Positions 14,700-31,639 of a stretch of 64,000 nucleotides of DNA are shown here, piece by piece. A model generated the notes under the pieces. The model was not told the origin of the DNA, did no database searches, and worked only from the letters and a program-made list of their open reading frames with translations. The position numbers and the translations under genes are program-made. The stretch is from the human T2T-CHM13v2.0 reference genome, Homo sapiens, in assembly GCF_009914755.1 (NCBI RefSeq), contig NC_060930.1. One strand, 5' to 3'. Numbering within the stretch: the stretch's first letter is position 1; every line of letters begins with the position of its first letter.

Positions 14700-15105
14700 T
14701 CCACATGATTGACTCATGGATGGGCAGTGGTAACTCAAGTCAGTCCGTGTGTAGCAGTGCCATAGCCACAGATTGGTTCTGGCTGTTCAGAGTGAAATGT
14801 AGGACCCTCCTCACTGATTGCAAGAGAAGACTTTGCTTTTGCTCTTAAACATGTGGGCTGAGGAGAGGCCTGGGAATGCCAGACCCATTTTGCTTTAATC
14901 AGAACTCCAACCTGGTTACAGCTGGAACTGAGGGAAGGGCAGAGCTGAGAGAATCGCAGAAAGATGCCGCCAAAGGCCTGATTGCACCATGCCTAAAACC
15001 CACCCTACCTGTCCACATTCAGGTTATGTGAGTCAATAAATTGCATTTATTGTTTAAATCCATTGAAATTAGGTTTTTGTTATTTGTCGATCAAGATATC
15101 ATAAA
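14700..15105 (+). mobile_element. MLT1-family LTR
   Basis: gttatgtgagtcaataaattgcatttattgtttaa...ttaggtttttgttatttg, typical of an MLT1 3' end. Confidence 0.6.
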
Positions 15106-16564
15106 GAACAAAACAGTGCCAATCTGCCTGTACGAAGAATTTCACAGAGGAGCTTTAAGAAATAACTTCTGAAATTATTTTTGGTACATGAAAAATCATT
15201 GCAAAAAATTTAATTACAGTCTTTAATAATATGGAACAGGAAACTAGGAAGAACAATTTTGCTGGATGACTGAATCAAGATCCAAAAACATCTGATAGGC
15301 AGGAATGCTTTGCCAAATGCGGCACTGTGGAATTTAGGAAGAACAAGCAAAGGCCCAACCTGGATGGGAAAATCTGCCTTAGTGAACATGCAGGAAAAGA
15401 TTAGAGACACCCACCACTGTGACGTGACCACCAAACCGCTAATGTCATTTTAGGCTGCAGCGTTACGTAGAACATCTCCTCTCTGTCCTCAAGCCATACT
15501 ACCTTTGGCTGAGTGCTGGGTTCCAGACTTTAAAAGGGATCCAGACAAGCGAACACTCACTTTGAGTAACTGATTGTCCTGGAAGAGATTTGAAACCGCA
15601 TCATGTGAGGAACAGTAGAAGGGACTGGAGGAGTTTGCTGATGACATCAGTGATGACCACAGCCATAATAGTAAACATGTATTAGTTACCATGTGCCTGG
15701 AACTGTGCCAAGCAATCGCACATCCTATCATTTAGTCCTCACAACAGTCTCACATTGGGGGATAGTGTTATTTACCACACCTTTCTACAGATGAGGAAAC
15801 CAAAACTTACCCGAGGTCACACGGCTGTAAGTGGTCGGACCATGGGATTTAAACCATAGGAGATGACTTTATGTGGGGAATGCAACATCTTTAAATATGT
15901 GCAGGATTATCAAGGAGAAAAAGAATAAAGATTTGTTTCATGCAGTTCCAATTAGTAGAACGAAGACCAATGAGCAGAATTTACAGAGAAACAGATTTCT
16001 TTTGAGTACATAAGTCCATCTATTCTTCCTTTTCTCCTTAACGGAGTGATTTTCTTTTCTTGATGCCTCTCTTCCCCATTCAGTCTTACTGTGGGACTTC
16101 AGCTCTATGGCTGTGTGGAAACCCTGGTAGGCTTCCCCTGCTATCCTATTCCTCCATGGCTACATTCTGTTATTTCCTCTGCCTGAAATCCTGTCAACCC
16201 TTGACTTACGGAACCTCTTGAATGTGTTCCTTCTTCTCCAATTCCACTGTCACCCTCAGATTAGTCCTTGTTCCTTCTCTCCAAGTCTCCTAAATACTCT
16301 TGACATTGCACACCCCCAAATCGCATCACTTCCTTGTATAAGAACCCATGACAGTTCCTTATTGCCTGTCAAATCAGATTCATTTACTCAGCCCATAGTG
16401 TGGGTTGAGTAAACCCATGGAAACCTTCTATGACTGTCTTACTTGCCCTGGGCACTTATCCCCTGCCCTCAGTATCAGTCTGCTTATGCCTGTCTTTATT
16501 TTCACTCATGCTATTCCCCTTCTGAGAGTAGTGTTGTCATTTGCTGGTTTAACTTTTATTCTTT

Positions 16565-17165
<601 letters not shown>

Positions 17166-17323
17166 ACTTTTATTCTTTTAAGGCCCATTTTGTAGTCCAC
17201 TTCTCCCACTCACTAATCACTTCCTTCTTAGCACCCTCTAGTTCTTACAATCTGTTGAATTTCACATTCTAGTACTTTATTAACAACTCTATTGGACTTT
17301 TCCATTAAAAAACAGTGGTTCCG

Positions 17324-17671
<348 letters not shown>

Positions 17672-17865
17672 TCAGAGTAGATTTTAAACTTCATCAGGGC
17701 AATGCCATGCACATTCTTTAGCTCAATAAGATTTGACTCTGGACTGCTTAGACAAGTGATTACTGACTCATAAGGAAAGAGAAAATTAATCTGTTTATTA
17801 AGTTCTTCCAGTGTCAGTCAGTGTACTAAGCAGAGTCATTGCATTCAATTTAAGATGAGGAAACC

Positions 17866-18000
17866 AGGCTCAGCGCAGTGGCTCACACCTGTAATCCTAG
17901 CAATTTGGGAGGCCGAGATGGGAGGATTGCTTGAGGCCAGGAATTTTAGACCAGCCTGGTCAACATAGCAAGCTCCCCATCTCTATTTAAAAAAAAAAAT
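17866..18000 (+). mobile_element. Alu left monomer (FLAM-like) inserted into a MIR
   Basis: TSD gatgaggaaacca; MIR continues on both sides. Confidence 0.75.
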
Positions 18001-18162
18001 TAATGATGAGGAAACCAAAGCTAAGTAGTTCACCCAAGATCACAATGCTGATAAAAGTTAGACCCAGGACCCAAACTCAGGCAGCTTGGCTTCAGAACCT
18101 ACATATACCCACCACAACGTAAGGATCACGTAGAACAGCACTTAATACCAGTCCTGTGCTCT

Positions 18163-19341
18163 TTTTTTATTTCTAACATTATTATTACTTTTTTAAAATT
18201 ATATTTTAAGTTCTGGGATGCATGTGCAGAAAGTGCAGTTTCATAGGTATACATGTGCCATGGTGGTTTGCTGCACCCATCAGCCCATCGTCTACATTAG
18301 GTATTTCTCCTAATGCTATCCCTCCCCTAGCCCCCCACCCCCCGACAGGCCCCAGTGTGTGATGTGCCCCTCTCTGTGTTCATGTGTTCTCATTGTTCAA
18401 CTCCCACTTATGAGTGAGAACATGCAGTGTTTGGTTTTCTGTTCTTGTGTTTGCTGAGAATGATGGTTTCCAGCTTCATCCATGTCACTGCAAAGTACAC
18501 GAACTCATCCTTTTTTATGGCCGCATACTATTCCATGGTGTATATGTGCCACATTTTCTTTATTCAGCCTATCATTGATGGACATTTGGGTTGGTTCCAA
18601 GTTTTTGCTATTGTGAACAGTGCTGCAATATGCATACGTGTGCATGTGTCATTATAGTAGAATGATTTATAATCCTTTGGGTATATACCCAGTAATGGGA
18701 TCGCTGGGTCAAATGGTATTTCTGGTTCTAGATCCTTGAGGAATTGCCACACTGTCTTCCACAATGGTTGAACTAATTTACACTCCCACCAACAGTGTAA
18801 AAGCATTCCTATTTCTCCACATCCTCTCCAGCATTTACTGTTTCCTGACTTTTTAATGATTGCCATTCTACCTGGAGTGAGATGATATCTCATTGTGGTT
18901 TTGATTTGCATTTCTCTAATGACCAGTGATGATGAGCTTTTTAAAATATATTTGTTGGCCGCATAAATGTCTTCTTTTGAGAAGTGTCTGTTCATATCCT
19001 TCATCCACTTTTTGATGGAATTTTTTTTTCTTGTAAATTTGTTTAGTTCTTTGTAGATTCTGGATATTAGCCCTTTGTCAGATGGATAGACTGCAAACAT
19101 TTTCTCCTATTCTGTAGGTTGCTTGTTCACTCTGATGATAGTTTCTTTTGCTGTGCAGAAGCTCTTTAGTTTAATTAGATCCCATTTGTCAATTTTGGCT
19201 TTTGTTGCCATTGCTTTTGTTGTTTTAGTCATGAAGTCTTTGCCCATGCCTATGTCCTGAATGGTATTGCCTAGGTTTTCTTCTAGGGTTTTTATGGTTT
19301 TAGGTCTTATGTTTAAGTCTTTAATCCATCTTGAGTTAATT
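18163..19341 (-). mobile_element. 5'-truncated L1PA (about 1.2 kb; ORF2 C-terminus and 3' UTR)
   Basis: ORFs 18564..19100 and 19107..19379 translate to the L1 ORF2 C-terminus; TSD agt(c/t)ctgtgctct at 18150-18162 and 19342-19354. Confidence 0.92.
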
Positions 19342-19852
19342 AGTTCTGTGCTCTGCTTGAGAACTGGGAGACCCAGCACTGCTAAGCATTTGCATATAAG
19401 AAGGACACTTCATTTTTTCCCCTAGAAGTGGGGATACATGCGTGTGGTATTTATGTAGGCAACCTCATCACTGACCATGACTTGAGGGAGAGTGGACCAG
19501 TGACTTTGGAAGCCCATTAGTTGAAAAGTATCTTGCTTGATTTTAATAGTTGTGTAGGGCAGGTGTATGTATTGAAAGCAAGGCCTTGTCCCTAGTCTCA
19601 AACCTTCTTGTTATTTCTAGGAGTGATAAATATGAGAACTTCCTTGGCTCCACACCCTGACAAACTTGGTATTTTACCTTTTTGCAAGGTTGATTCTTTT
19701 ATTTCTGCCTTCTTTGAGAGGTCCCTGTCCCCGTAGCCATTTTCGATTGGCTAGTGACATTTGCTATCGTATTTTTATTATGTACAAATAAAGCAGTTAT
19801 TTCTGAATATTAATTAGACAATTTTTGGAAAATTGACTTCATCTTTTTCCTA

Positions 19853-20254
<402 letters not shown>

Positions 20255-21158
20255 TCAGGGCGGTAGGAAAGGCCAAGGGCTAAGCTGCAACATGGCATAG
20301 TCACTGGGGGGCTCACTACACAGGAAGGAGAAGCCACGGGCACATACAGATGTTCACAGGGACTATCACATGTATAAGCCTTCTTTGTGAGTTTTTTGGA
20401 GCAACTATTATATTTGATGGACAAAAAGAAATTTTGATATAAAACTTGCACTCTTCTTTTCCTGGTGTTTTTTTACCTTGGAATTTTGTGCACATATTTA
20501 AAAGTAAGTACTTCTAAGTGTCAGCTCTGGCTAAAGAGAAGCTGTATCCTTCAGAGATGTTCTCTACATTAAATAAAACTTTTTAAAAACCTGAGCATGT
20601 AATCCTGCTGTTGGCCAGCCACTGCTCTTTTATTTGGAATACAAAATATTTATCATCTGGGGACTGTCCAAATTTATTTTCAGTTTTTTAATGTTTAAAA
20701 TATTTCTAAAAATAAATATTGTCAGAGAATATTAATTTAATTTTAAAAATGGAATCAGGGCACATTTTTATGTAGTGGAAAGAGAAGCAAATTTGTAAAT
20801 TATGAGACCTAAGTTCCAAATCTGTCTTTACTGTGTGACCTTGGGCACATCTGGCCAGCTGGGACAGTTTCTTTATCTGCAGGGATCGGGGAAGGGAGGA
20901 AGAGAGAAAAAGAGACAGAGGTCTTTCCCAGCTCCCAAAGGCTAAGCTTTTGTAATCCAAGCATCCCAGAGTTCTTTCTTATTGTAACAGTGACCCCTTG
21001 TGGTATATATCCTTAACCAATTTTGTTTTGATTTGCAAAGTAAACTGGATTTTTTGTTCTTTCTAGTAACTGTATTTCATGTTGTTAGGCAAATATGACT
21101 TGTTTTAAAAAGATAAATCTTACCGGGAAATCAAAGGTAAATTAAAGCAGCATATAGA

Positions 21159-21804
21159 GGCCAGGGGTGGTGGCCCATGCCTGTAATCCCAGCACTTTGG
21201 GAGGCTGAGGCGGGCAGATCGCCTGAGGTCAGGAGTTTGAGAACAGCCTGGCCAACATGGCGAAACCCCCGTCTCTACTAAAAATACAAAAATTATCCGG
21301 GCATGGTGGCATGTGCCTGTAATCCCAGCTACTGGGGAGGCTCAGGCAGGTTGCAGTGAGCTGAGATCGCACCACTGCACTCTAGCCTGAGCAACAGGGC
21401 AAGACTTCGTCTCAAAAACACAAAAACAAAAACAAAAAAAACCCACATATAGAGCACCAAACCCCATCTTTTAAACAATTCTCGATGGTTTCTTCAGAAA
21501 CTGTATATCGGCTGGACACAGTGGCTCACTCCTATAATACTAGCATTTTGGGAGGCTGAGGCAGGAGGATCACTTGAGACCAGGAATCACCAGCCTGGAC
21601 AACATAGTGAGACCCTGTCTCTACAAAATATTTTTTAAAAATAACCAGGCATAGTGGCATGTGCCTGTAGTTCTGGCTACTCGGGAGCCTGGGGTGGGAG
21701 GCTCACTTGTGCCAAGGAGTTTGAGGCTGCAGTGAGCTATGATCACAGCACCACTGTTCTCTAGCCTGGATGACAGAGTGAGACCTATCTCAAAATAATA
21801 AATA
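21159..21804 (+). mobile_element. Two sense Alus (AluS 21159-21441, AluJ 21510-21804)
   Basis: TSDs catatagag and agaaactgtatat. Confidence 0.9.
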
Positions 21805-21890
21805 AGAAACTGTATATAGCAGACTCTTGTCATTTACAAAATTAGAAGTGTTTTCATGTTTGCGCTGAGTGTTTTATGTATTCCTCCTAG

Positions 21891-21967
21891 GGACCAGGGG
21901 AAGAGACATGCGAGGGCCTCATCATGCCCCAGTAGCTCAGACCTGAGCAGGCTGCAAACCAAAGCAG
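21891..21967 (+). CDS. ARMC2: ARMC2 coding exon (77 nt, phase 2/1): DQGKRHARASSCPSSSDLSRLQTKA
   Basis: Acceptor ttcctcctag|G, donor G|gtgagg; phases match both neighbours. Confidence 0.93.
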
Positions 21968-22179
21968 GTGAGGGGTCCCCACACTCCTTCATCTACAGCA
22001 TCTCCACTTGAAGGAAAGATGTTTGCACTGAAGATATCTATGTTGGCCACTGGAAACTTAAGGAAGTTTGTCCAATTTGGTCACAAATCAACATTTATTT
22101 TTATACATTTTTATTATATTCATACAATGTTACCATCTTACCACTACCCAACTCTGATGCCTCAAACATCTATAGATGA

Positions 22180-22489
<310 letters not shown>

Positions 22490-22522
22490 TAGATGACAGT
22501 CTTAATGGTTTTATAGAAATCA

Positions 22523-22924
<402 letters not shown>

Positions 22925-24546
22925 AGATAATTGCTCACTTAAATGAAACTATATTAACTTTATTAAGACCGTCCTTTGGGCCTTTAAAGTGTTTGAGAAA
23001 ATATATAACAACATAAACCACAGTCTAGAAATGATACAAAATGTATTCATGCAATAGAATATAGTTGTCACAAAAGTGAACTCATGGGCTTTTGTAATAT
23101 TGTAATATTGAGTAAATTCAGTACAAACATAATATGAGATGAAACAAGTTGCAAAAGCAAAGACATATATTGTTTATGGATACACAGCCATGTGGTAAGC
23201 ATGCGAAGTCAAGTGTAGTCATAGTAACCAGTGGATTTAGGATGGTGGTAACCCCTAGAGGGAGAGGAGGAGGGGAATGGATGCAGGGAGCCACATATCT
23301 GTAATGTTTCATTTCTTTAAAATAAGGGAAAGGATAAAAATATGGCAAAATGTTAATATCTGACCAAACTAGTGTGGGGTACACTGATGTCTGTTATATT
23401 CTTCATATATTTTTGTACCCATGAGATTTTACAATACTAAATAGTAGATTTTAAAAATTCTTATCTTCAAAATTTAGTTTTTTATCAATAAAATGACTTC
23501 TGTGTCATTGGGAATTTCTTTACTCAGGAAAATCTTAGATATACTAATTTCTGAGCCAGCATAGTTGCTAAGGATTTTACATTTACGTGCTAAAAACATC
23601 AGCCAATCCAAACATTGTGTCAGGTTTTTGTGTCCAGAACTCAAAGCTGTGGTTAACAACTATAACCACTGAGACAGCAAAATCTTCAAAAACATGCTGA
23701 AATTTTTGCTTGACTTACCCAATTTCCTGTTGAATCATAATGTTTATATTTAGCAAACTGTGAACCTAGATGAAAGTGCTTTCTAAAATATTAGATTGTT
23801 GCCCAAGATTGAAACAACCTTATTATTATTTGTGTGTTTGTGTGTATCTTAAAAAGCAATTATATGATTCCATGCTTCATTTTCTAGAGTAACTCAGGGA
23901 TTGTGTATAAAATGGAGGCAGGAGGAGGCCCAGCGTGAATGAAGAGGTGGAAAGGCTGTAGCCAGACACAACTGTGCCCTTTGAAATTCCTGGGAGAGGG
24001 TTGGAAGGAAACCCTCATACCAGTGACTGAGTAACTTTGGTTCTGAGAAGAAGCAAATCTCAGAAACATTCAGAAGGGCCCGTAAGGGTTAAATAAATTG
24101 TTCTGTGATTTCTGATTCACCCCTATAATTCAGCTCTTTCTGGGGTGAATAAGTTATCCATTTTATTTGTCCTGAAAAACAGGTTGATAGTCATGGTTTC
24201 TCATAGAAGTTCTCTATTAAGCAGCATATTGCATAGGAGGTAAAAAATGCAGACTTGAACTTATTGGACTCAAAGTCTGGTTTCTAGTAAATTTAAGTGT
24301 GTTATAAATATGTATCAATTAAATAACTCGCCTGACTTATTTTCTGGCTTTCACTTACCTTGATAATGTTGATTTTATTTTATTTTTTATATACTTTGGA
24401 CTTTGAATAGGTTAGTTATCCACAAATATGAGCAAGTATGTTTTTTGTATTACTTGAATATTCATGTTTACTTTTAGAATCCATATCCATAAATTATCAA
24501 AGTTAAGGCAGATTCATAAAAACAATGACCCAAAAGATTGAGATGG

Positions 24547-24782
24547 TAGTCTACAAACTATCTGTAGTTCCAGAATCCCTGAGCCTGATGGGAAGTCAGT
24601 TAGAGTCTTGGTTTTGTGAATATTCATATATTTTGCTACAGGGTGCTGCCGCAGAAGACCCTACAGGGGTGGTACGTAATATGCAATGTGTATACCATAT
24701 TGACTTTCTAAAATCCATATGTTCCTGCATCCCACACCACATCTGATTCCAAAGGTTTTGGATAAGGGATTGTGAATCTGTA
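24547..24782. mobile_element. Tigger-family (MER46C-like) fossil
   Basis: End aggttttggataagggattgtgaatctgta. Confidence 0.5.
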
Positions 24783-27117
24783 CTGATGTGGACTAATTTG
24801 TCCTAAAGACAATTCAATTTAGTATCTGATGGTGAAGTCTTGCATTGGGTTAGATAGATTATCTGAAACCTTGCTATTAAGGCTATTTACTGCACTGCAA
24901 ATGTTTAATAATAGCTTTGTTGACAACCTCTATTTACTTTTGCTGCTTAGGTGATCTTGGATGCCCTGTGTGGCTCAGCTGCTCTTGGCAGTGGGAAGGG
25001 TTGATAAAAGGCAAGCCTGGACTTGCTGCAACTGGGAGTGGCCATTTCTAGCATGTAGTATAATGGGAAGGCCTGTGTGTTGGGTGGGATAGGTAGATTG
25101 CACAGCGTCCCTGCTTCTCCTGGGTGACATCAGCACCATTTGATGGTTTGAGGATTCATGTCAGAATTCAAATACATCTCTGAATTCAAATGAATTCTTA
25201 AATATATGCCATTATGTGTTATCTATGGATTTCTCTGCTATTTTCACAGATAATCATCAAGGGACTTTATTGGATTTCTTGATGCAGAGAATTTTATTTT
25301 AATCCATATTAATATTAAAAAATATTAATATGGATATTTACTAAGGTATTACACACATTCAATATGTGTTGTATATATTTTTCTCTTCAAGAATAATAAG
25401 AATGCATTAGAGGCATTGGAAAATACAGAAGAGCGCATAAAAGAAATTAATAATCCTAATCCCAATATTTAGAGATAACCATTGTTACCCCATTTTACAG
25501 AAGAGAGGTAAAGCAATTTGCCCATAGTCAACGAGCTAGTAGGTGGCAGAGCTAGGATTCAAACCCAGATGGTGACTCCAAACCTGTGCTATTGATAGGC
25601 CCCCTGCTCAACTTGTCCTTTGTGCAAAGTAACCTGAAAATACATGGGCCATATACCCGTTTGCTCCTCTGTCTGTCTCTGTCTCTCTGTCTTTCTCTGT
25701 CTCTTCTCTCTCTCTCTCTTCCAACCTCTCACCTTCCGATCCTTCCTGATTTCTAACTCTTTGTGTGACATTTTTAGGGTCCAGGCATCTTCTGTGTGGA
25801 CACTTAATTGGTACCAGGTCCACCCTGCCCCGAGAGGGCATGGACTCCCTGACTTGATGTAGACCAAGTGCCGGATAAAGGACTTAAGGGGTGGTCTTCA
25901 GAGAAGAGAGACTGAGGAATACATCTCAGGACTATTCAGTAATGCCTCAGCACAGCAAAGCCACCTCTAGCTACAGTCAGTGTTTTAGATCTTGAGATAC
26001 TGCCTGTGTGAAATATAATCATAATTTGCAGTTTCTAATATGAGTTACATTTCCCCCCAGTGTTACCCTTTAGTCGGCTAGTTTGCTGCAAGTCAGCATA
26101 GCTTTGAGGTCAAATGCAGAGGCTGGGGAGTTATATGACCCCAGGCAGATAACTTAATACACCTGGGCTCCACTTTCTTCACTTGCAAAATGGAGACAGT
26201 TTGGGAACCTCCTCATAGTGTTACTGCAAAAATGAAATGGAGGCCTCCTGCATCTAGAGTACACAGTCAATGGTTGCTATTCCCTACAACCCATATTCAC
26301 AGGCAGCATCTACTCTTGATGGCTTGGTAGTATCACACAGGCATGAGATACTGCAGGGGTGATAACATGTTTGTATACTTGTTTAATCAGGGAAATGAAA
26401 TTAATTATATACTGTATATTGCTAAAGGCTTGGCACTGAGCTCAGAGCTTTACCTATACCATGTCTTTTAATTCTTATACCCTTGAAGGCAAATATTCTG
26501 TTTTGCTGATGAGGAAACAGAGACTCAGGAAGGATAAGAAACTGGACCCCATCACTCACCATGTCCATAGTGGAGTTGGGATTTGAATTGAGATTTGTCA
26601 GCCCCGAAGGCCCAGGCTTTTCTGCTACACCACACAAAATCACTTGGCATTAATGCTACTGGCCCCATGTTAGTGTAGACATTTTATTTCTATAGAAAAT
26701 GTCCATTTTAGGTCTCCCTTTTAGAAAATTTTTCATTACACATTTTTAAAATCCTTATTCTTTATATATCTATAGTTACCTATTCTACATTACAGAGGGA
26801 TAAGTTTAAGTAAAAATGTACTCAAAACTGTTTGCCTTACTGACAGTCATCAGTATTTACAAAGCTTACTACTTTATGAAGTGACCAGATCACATTTTAA
26901 AGTTCTGATTTTTTACATTATCCAGTCTGAGTTTAATTTGGGGTAATTTGATTAGAAGACCTGTAGTTCTAATGAGAAATAGTCAGGCTTGGAGAGCAAA
27001 GGGTAATTTAATTCTCTAGTTTATTAATTGTAGTGATGAATAGTAAAGGCTTTTGACCATGCTTCATGACAACTCCTTTTTCATAGCTTTTTCTCCTGCT
27101 CTGGATTTCTTTTGCAG

Positions 27118-27216
27118 TCCCAAAAGCTGACCTGCAAGAAGAGGACGCAGAAATAGAAGTAGACGAAGTCTTTTGGAATACAAGGATTGTACCGATTTTG
27201 CGTGAATTAGAAAAGG
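27118..27216 (+). CDS. ARMC2: ARMC2 coding exon (99 nt, phase 1/1): VPKADLQEEDAEIEVDEVFWNTRIVPILRELEK
   Basis: Acceptor tttcttttgcag|TC, donor G|gtaaaa; open in the joined frame. Confidence 0.93.
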
Positions 27217-28496
27217 GTAAAACACAAACAAACAAACAAAAAACCGTTTTTGTTTTTTTTTTAAAAAATACCTGTAGTTATTTATGTGTTCCCCATTGCC
27301 CTGATATTTTTAGTAAGTTTTCACTATCATTTCTGTGAACATGTTCAAAAACAAATGAAGTCATCTATTTATTTACCCTGTGTGTGTTAAATATTACATG
27401 CACACATAATTTTTAGTAAGATTATGCTTTAAATGCACCAAGAGAGCCAATTTCTAAAACTTCCCTTTGTAATATAAATTAATTAGCATTTCCTCTGTCC
27501 AAGGAAATGCTGGTTTAACCTCTCTCAGGTGGCTCTTCATACTCAAGAAAGTAAAAGATTAAAACAGATTTCAGGCTTGGAAGCTGAGTCTCATAAACTG
27601 GCGTCCTTGACAGGTGTGCCCGTGGTTTCCTTGGTCCAACTGGTATCTGTCCTACTCTCTTGAAGGGAGCACATCCGTCAGGAATGCCACCCACAGCATG
27701 GGAAATGGCCTGGGATGTGTCCCACCCTTGCGCTCTGAACTGCCCCAGAAGTGAAGGCCCACCATCGATGGGTCCCTGCAAGGGTAGGGAAAGCGTGTCA
27801 TGGGATGGCCCTCCACTTTCTCCCTCTTTGCAGCTAGCTCCTCAAGGATTCTCTTTCTGAAGTTAACCAGGCTCCTCTGGAGCAGTGGTCATAGCCCTAG
27901 GGAGAGCCCAGGGCCTGGCACACAGTGCACAGTAAGCCTTTGCTAGGAGTTGTTGATGAGCAAACCAGCTTGGTAGCCACAGGAAGATGCTCTAAGAGAA
28001 GCAGGGTAAATGAACCCTCCCCAGCAACCAAACAGAGATGTGCTGCAAAAGACCTGATTACTGAAAGGTTCAAATGACCTCACCCCTCCTCTGCTCCCCA
28101 TTGGTGCTTGGCTGTGTTCATGGTTAATGTGGGAGCCCTGGACGGGGTTCTGGTCCCGGTGCTGCTACTCGCCAAGCGTATGGCCATGAGGAGTCACCTA
28201 GACTCTGTGTGCAATAGTGTTCTCACCTGCCAGATGAGGTGGAGATTAGGTTATCTCCAAAGGCTTCTGCAGCCCAAAGTCCTAAGGATATGAATGTGAT
28301 GACTTTTTCCCCTCTAGAGTTACTATGTTCACCCTCATCTTAGCGTGCCACGTTAGCTTTGGGCCCTTTATTTCAGGAGATATGTGCAAACACTAGTGAG
28401 AAGAACAATGAGTCTGGATAAGGGTTACACAAGAAAATATATTGCACAACATTGAATGGGGACACTGAGTCAGTATTGTGAAGGCCTTTCTTGTAG

Positions 28497-29124
<628 letters not shown>

Positions 29125-30323
29125 GGCATGTATTTCTTAGAAACAAAAACATTCTCTTATATATCTGGAAATTACCATACAATACTATAAAAATCTTACT
29201 CAAATTTTGCCAATTTGTCCCAATAATTTCCTTTGTAGAAAAAATAAAAGCCTGGATCACAAGTTCTCATCATTTGTCACGTCTCTTTCGTGATCTTGAT
29301 GTATTTGAGGAATATTTTACAGACTGTCCCGCAAATTGGGTTTGTCTGATGTTTTCCCGTGATGAGCTCCAGGTTAGCATCTTGGGCAGGCAGAGCACAT
29401 GAGTGCTGCTGTGTCCCTCTCAGCACCTCCTGCCAGGAGTACACGATGCTGATGCGTTCTGTTGCTGGTCGTGTCCCACAGCTGTACCCACTGTCAGGTT
29501 TTTATTCTTTCCTTTGTAATGAATACATATCTTGGGGATAGAAGTTACTCTGAGATTATGTTACTCTCTGTTACAATCAAACTTTTACCCACTAGATTTA
29601 GCCCCTTGCAAATCTTGATAGTTTGTAGATTCAAGTTGTCTTTTGAAGCTATAGAGCATTTATAACAAACTATTTGGTATAAAGGATTGATTTGATCAAT
29701 AGTTTAAAATTTGACCCTTGAGCCTTTCTTTCTAACCCCTTTTTAAAGCTAAAAACAAGTATTCTTGAGTAGAACCTACCAGGCTGAAGAGTTTGTGGAA
29801 GGAAGTCTTAGAAAATACTTTGAGGACCACCCACTGCCAATGAGTGGCCCAGAGCCTGGACTTAGGGTTTGTAAAGAAACTGCCAGTCACAGAAGAATAA
29901 AACAACAAAACACAAGTGTTTCATACAATAGGAGTTCAGGTTTTTCCCTTTATTTAAAGTTAGGCTAAGTCATTTCCCATCAATTCATTCATTTAAGTGC
30001 ATAACCAAAAGACATTGAAGGTTACTTAGCTATTGAGGTTTAAAATTTTTTCTTAGATGTTATTGTTGAAAAGAGCTAAAAATGGCCTGAGTCACTTCCT
30101 TCTGCAGGCACACACTTCCTCTATGTGGGCTTCTAAGAGCACATTATGGTATTTATTTAAGATTGGTTTCCTACTTTTAAATTTCATGAAGGAATCTATC
30201 AGAGATAATATTATTTGACAGAATACATTAGATTATTTTATTTCCCCTCATGTTCCATTTTTTTGTGCTATTTTTCTTCTTTGTATGACAATTAGTGTGG
30301 CTGCCACTTCCAAAAATTACATT

Positions 30324-30792
30324 CCCAGGACTTTGGGAGGCTGAGGCAAGCAGATCACTTGAGATTAGGAGTTTGAGACCAGCCTGGGCAAAATGGCAAA
30401 ACCCCATCTCTACCAAAAATAAAAAAATTAGCCAGGTGTGGTGACAAGCGTCTGGAGTCCTAGCTACTCAGGAGGCTGAGGCAGGAGGATTGCTTGAGCC
30501 TGAGAGGTGGAGGTTGCAGTGAGCCAAGAATGTACCACTACACTCCGGTCTGGGTGACAGAGTGAGACTCCATCTCAAAAAAATATAGGTATTACTTTCC
30601 TCACAAACATAATTATAAGATGAAAGGTTCAAGATCTCCCTGTTTCCTAACTAAAATACTCTCCTTTTTTTTAAATTTATTTTTTATTTTATTTTATTTT
30701 GGAAGTAGGATCTTGCTATATTGCCCAGGCTGGCCTTGATCCTGGCATCAAGCAACCCTCCCACCTCGGCCTCCCAAAGTGCTGGATTTACA
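30324..30792. mobile_element. Sense Alu (30324-30582, 5' truncated) and antisense Alu monomer (30665-30792)
   Basis: Alu text in opposite orientations, tail to tail. Confidence 0.85.
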
Positions 30793-31639
30793 AAAATATT
30801 TTTATTCTCCTGTTTTTTAATAACCACCTCCAGATAATGGTGGATTTTGTGACATTTCAGGCTTTTGTTCTATTAGAACCCTCTTTTCTTAGGTAATGAG
30901 CATTGTTCTCATAGGAAAATACTGATCATTGTTTTTGTCAACAGATATATTAGAAAATGAATATGTGTGAAGTTATGCTATATACAGTATTCTATACAAT
31001 ATTCTCACTGTACCATGTGCTATTGATAGAAAGAAATGTAAGACTGGCTCACTTAGTATGACATCTATTTGAGGGCACTGGTCATATAACACAACACACA
31101 CATACGTACATGAAAAATAAGTAACCTAAGGTAATGTTTGTTGAATGTGGAATAGTGCATCTTTTCTGAAGCAGCTACAACATAAACAGAGCCTCGAAGG
31201 ACCAAAAACAGTAGGAATGAGGGTTATGGAGAACATTTTAGGCCAGTAGAGCTATGCAAAAAAGAGTTGAAGGTCAAGATGCAAGTGGCATGCATCTGTG
31301 AGACTGAGCAGATCACGGGCTGAGGTGGAGGGCATCTGGAGTAAAGGAGGCCAACTGAAGCAGGTAGCAGTCCCATTCTTCAATACCTCTTTGAAAGACT
31401 GTGTATTCTAGATAAGCTAATGACTGATAAGCAATAAGTCAACATGGTAGGAGATGGATCAAAGGGATGAAAAAAATCAGGTAGATGGAAGTGATAAGAT
31501 AAGAAAAAAATAGAGGTCAGGAATTTGAAGATATCCAAGGAAATAATTATGGGGTTTTTACTTACACTGTCTGTGTTTGACACACTTGGAAACTTAACCT
31601 TAATTAGTAAGTGTTGCTTTACTCTCTTTGCTCTGACAG

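Noticed and set aside
18564-19379. ORFs resembling a reverse-transcriptase protein C-terminus
   Set aside because: Frameshifted ORF2 remnants of a 5'-truncated L1PA, not a gene; the same applies to 58944-61376
24115-24150. 9-bp inverted repeat attcacccc/ggggtgaat, and small direct repeats at 212-231, 50457-50486 and 59062-59095
   Set aside because: Short enough to be chance or ordinary slippage duplications
27515-27867. GC-richer block bounded by TTAA, suggestive of a piggyBac-type MITE
   Set aside because: Terminal inverted repeats do not match beyond TTAAC
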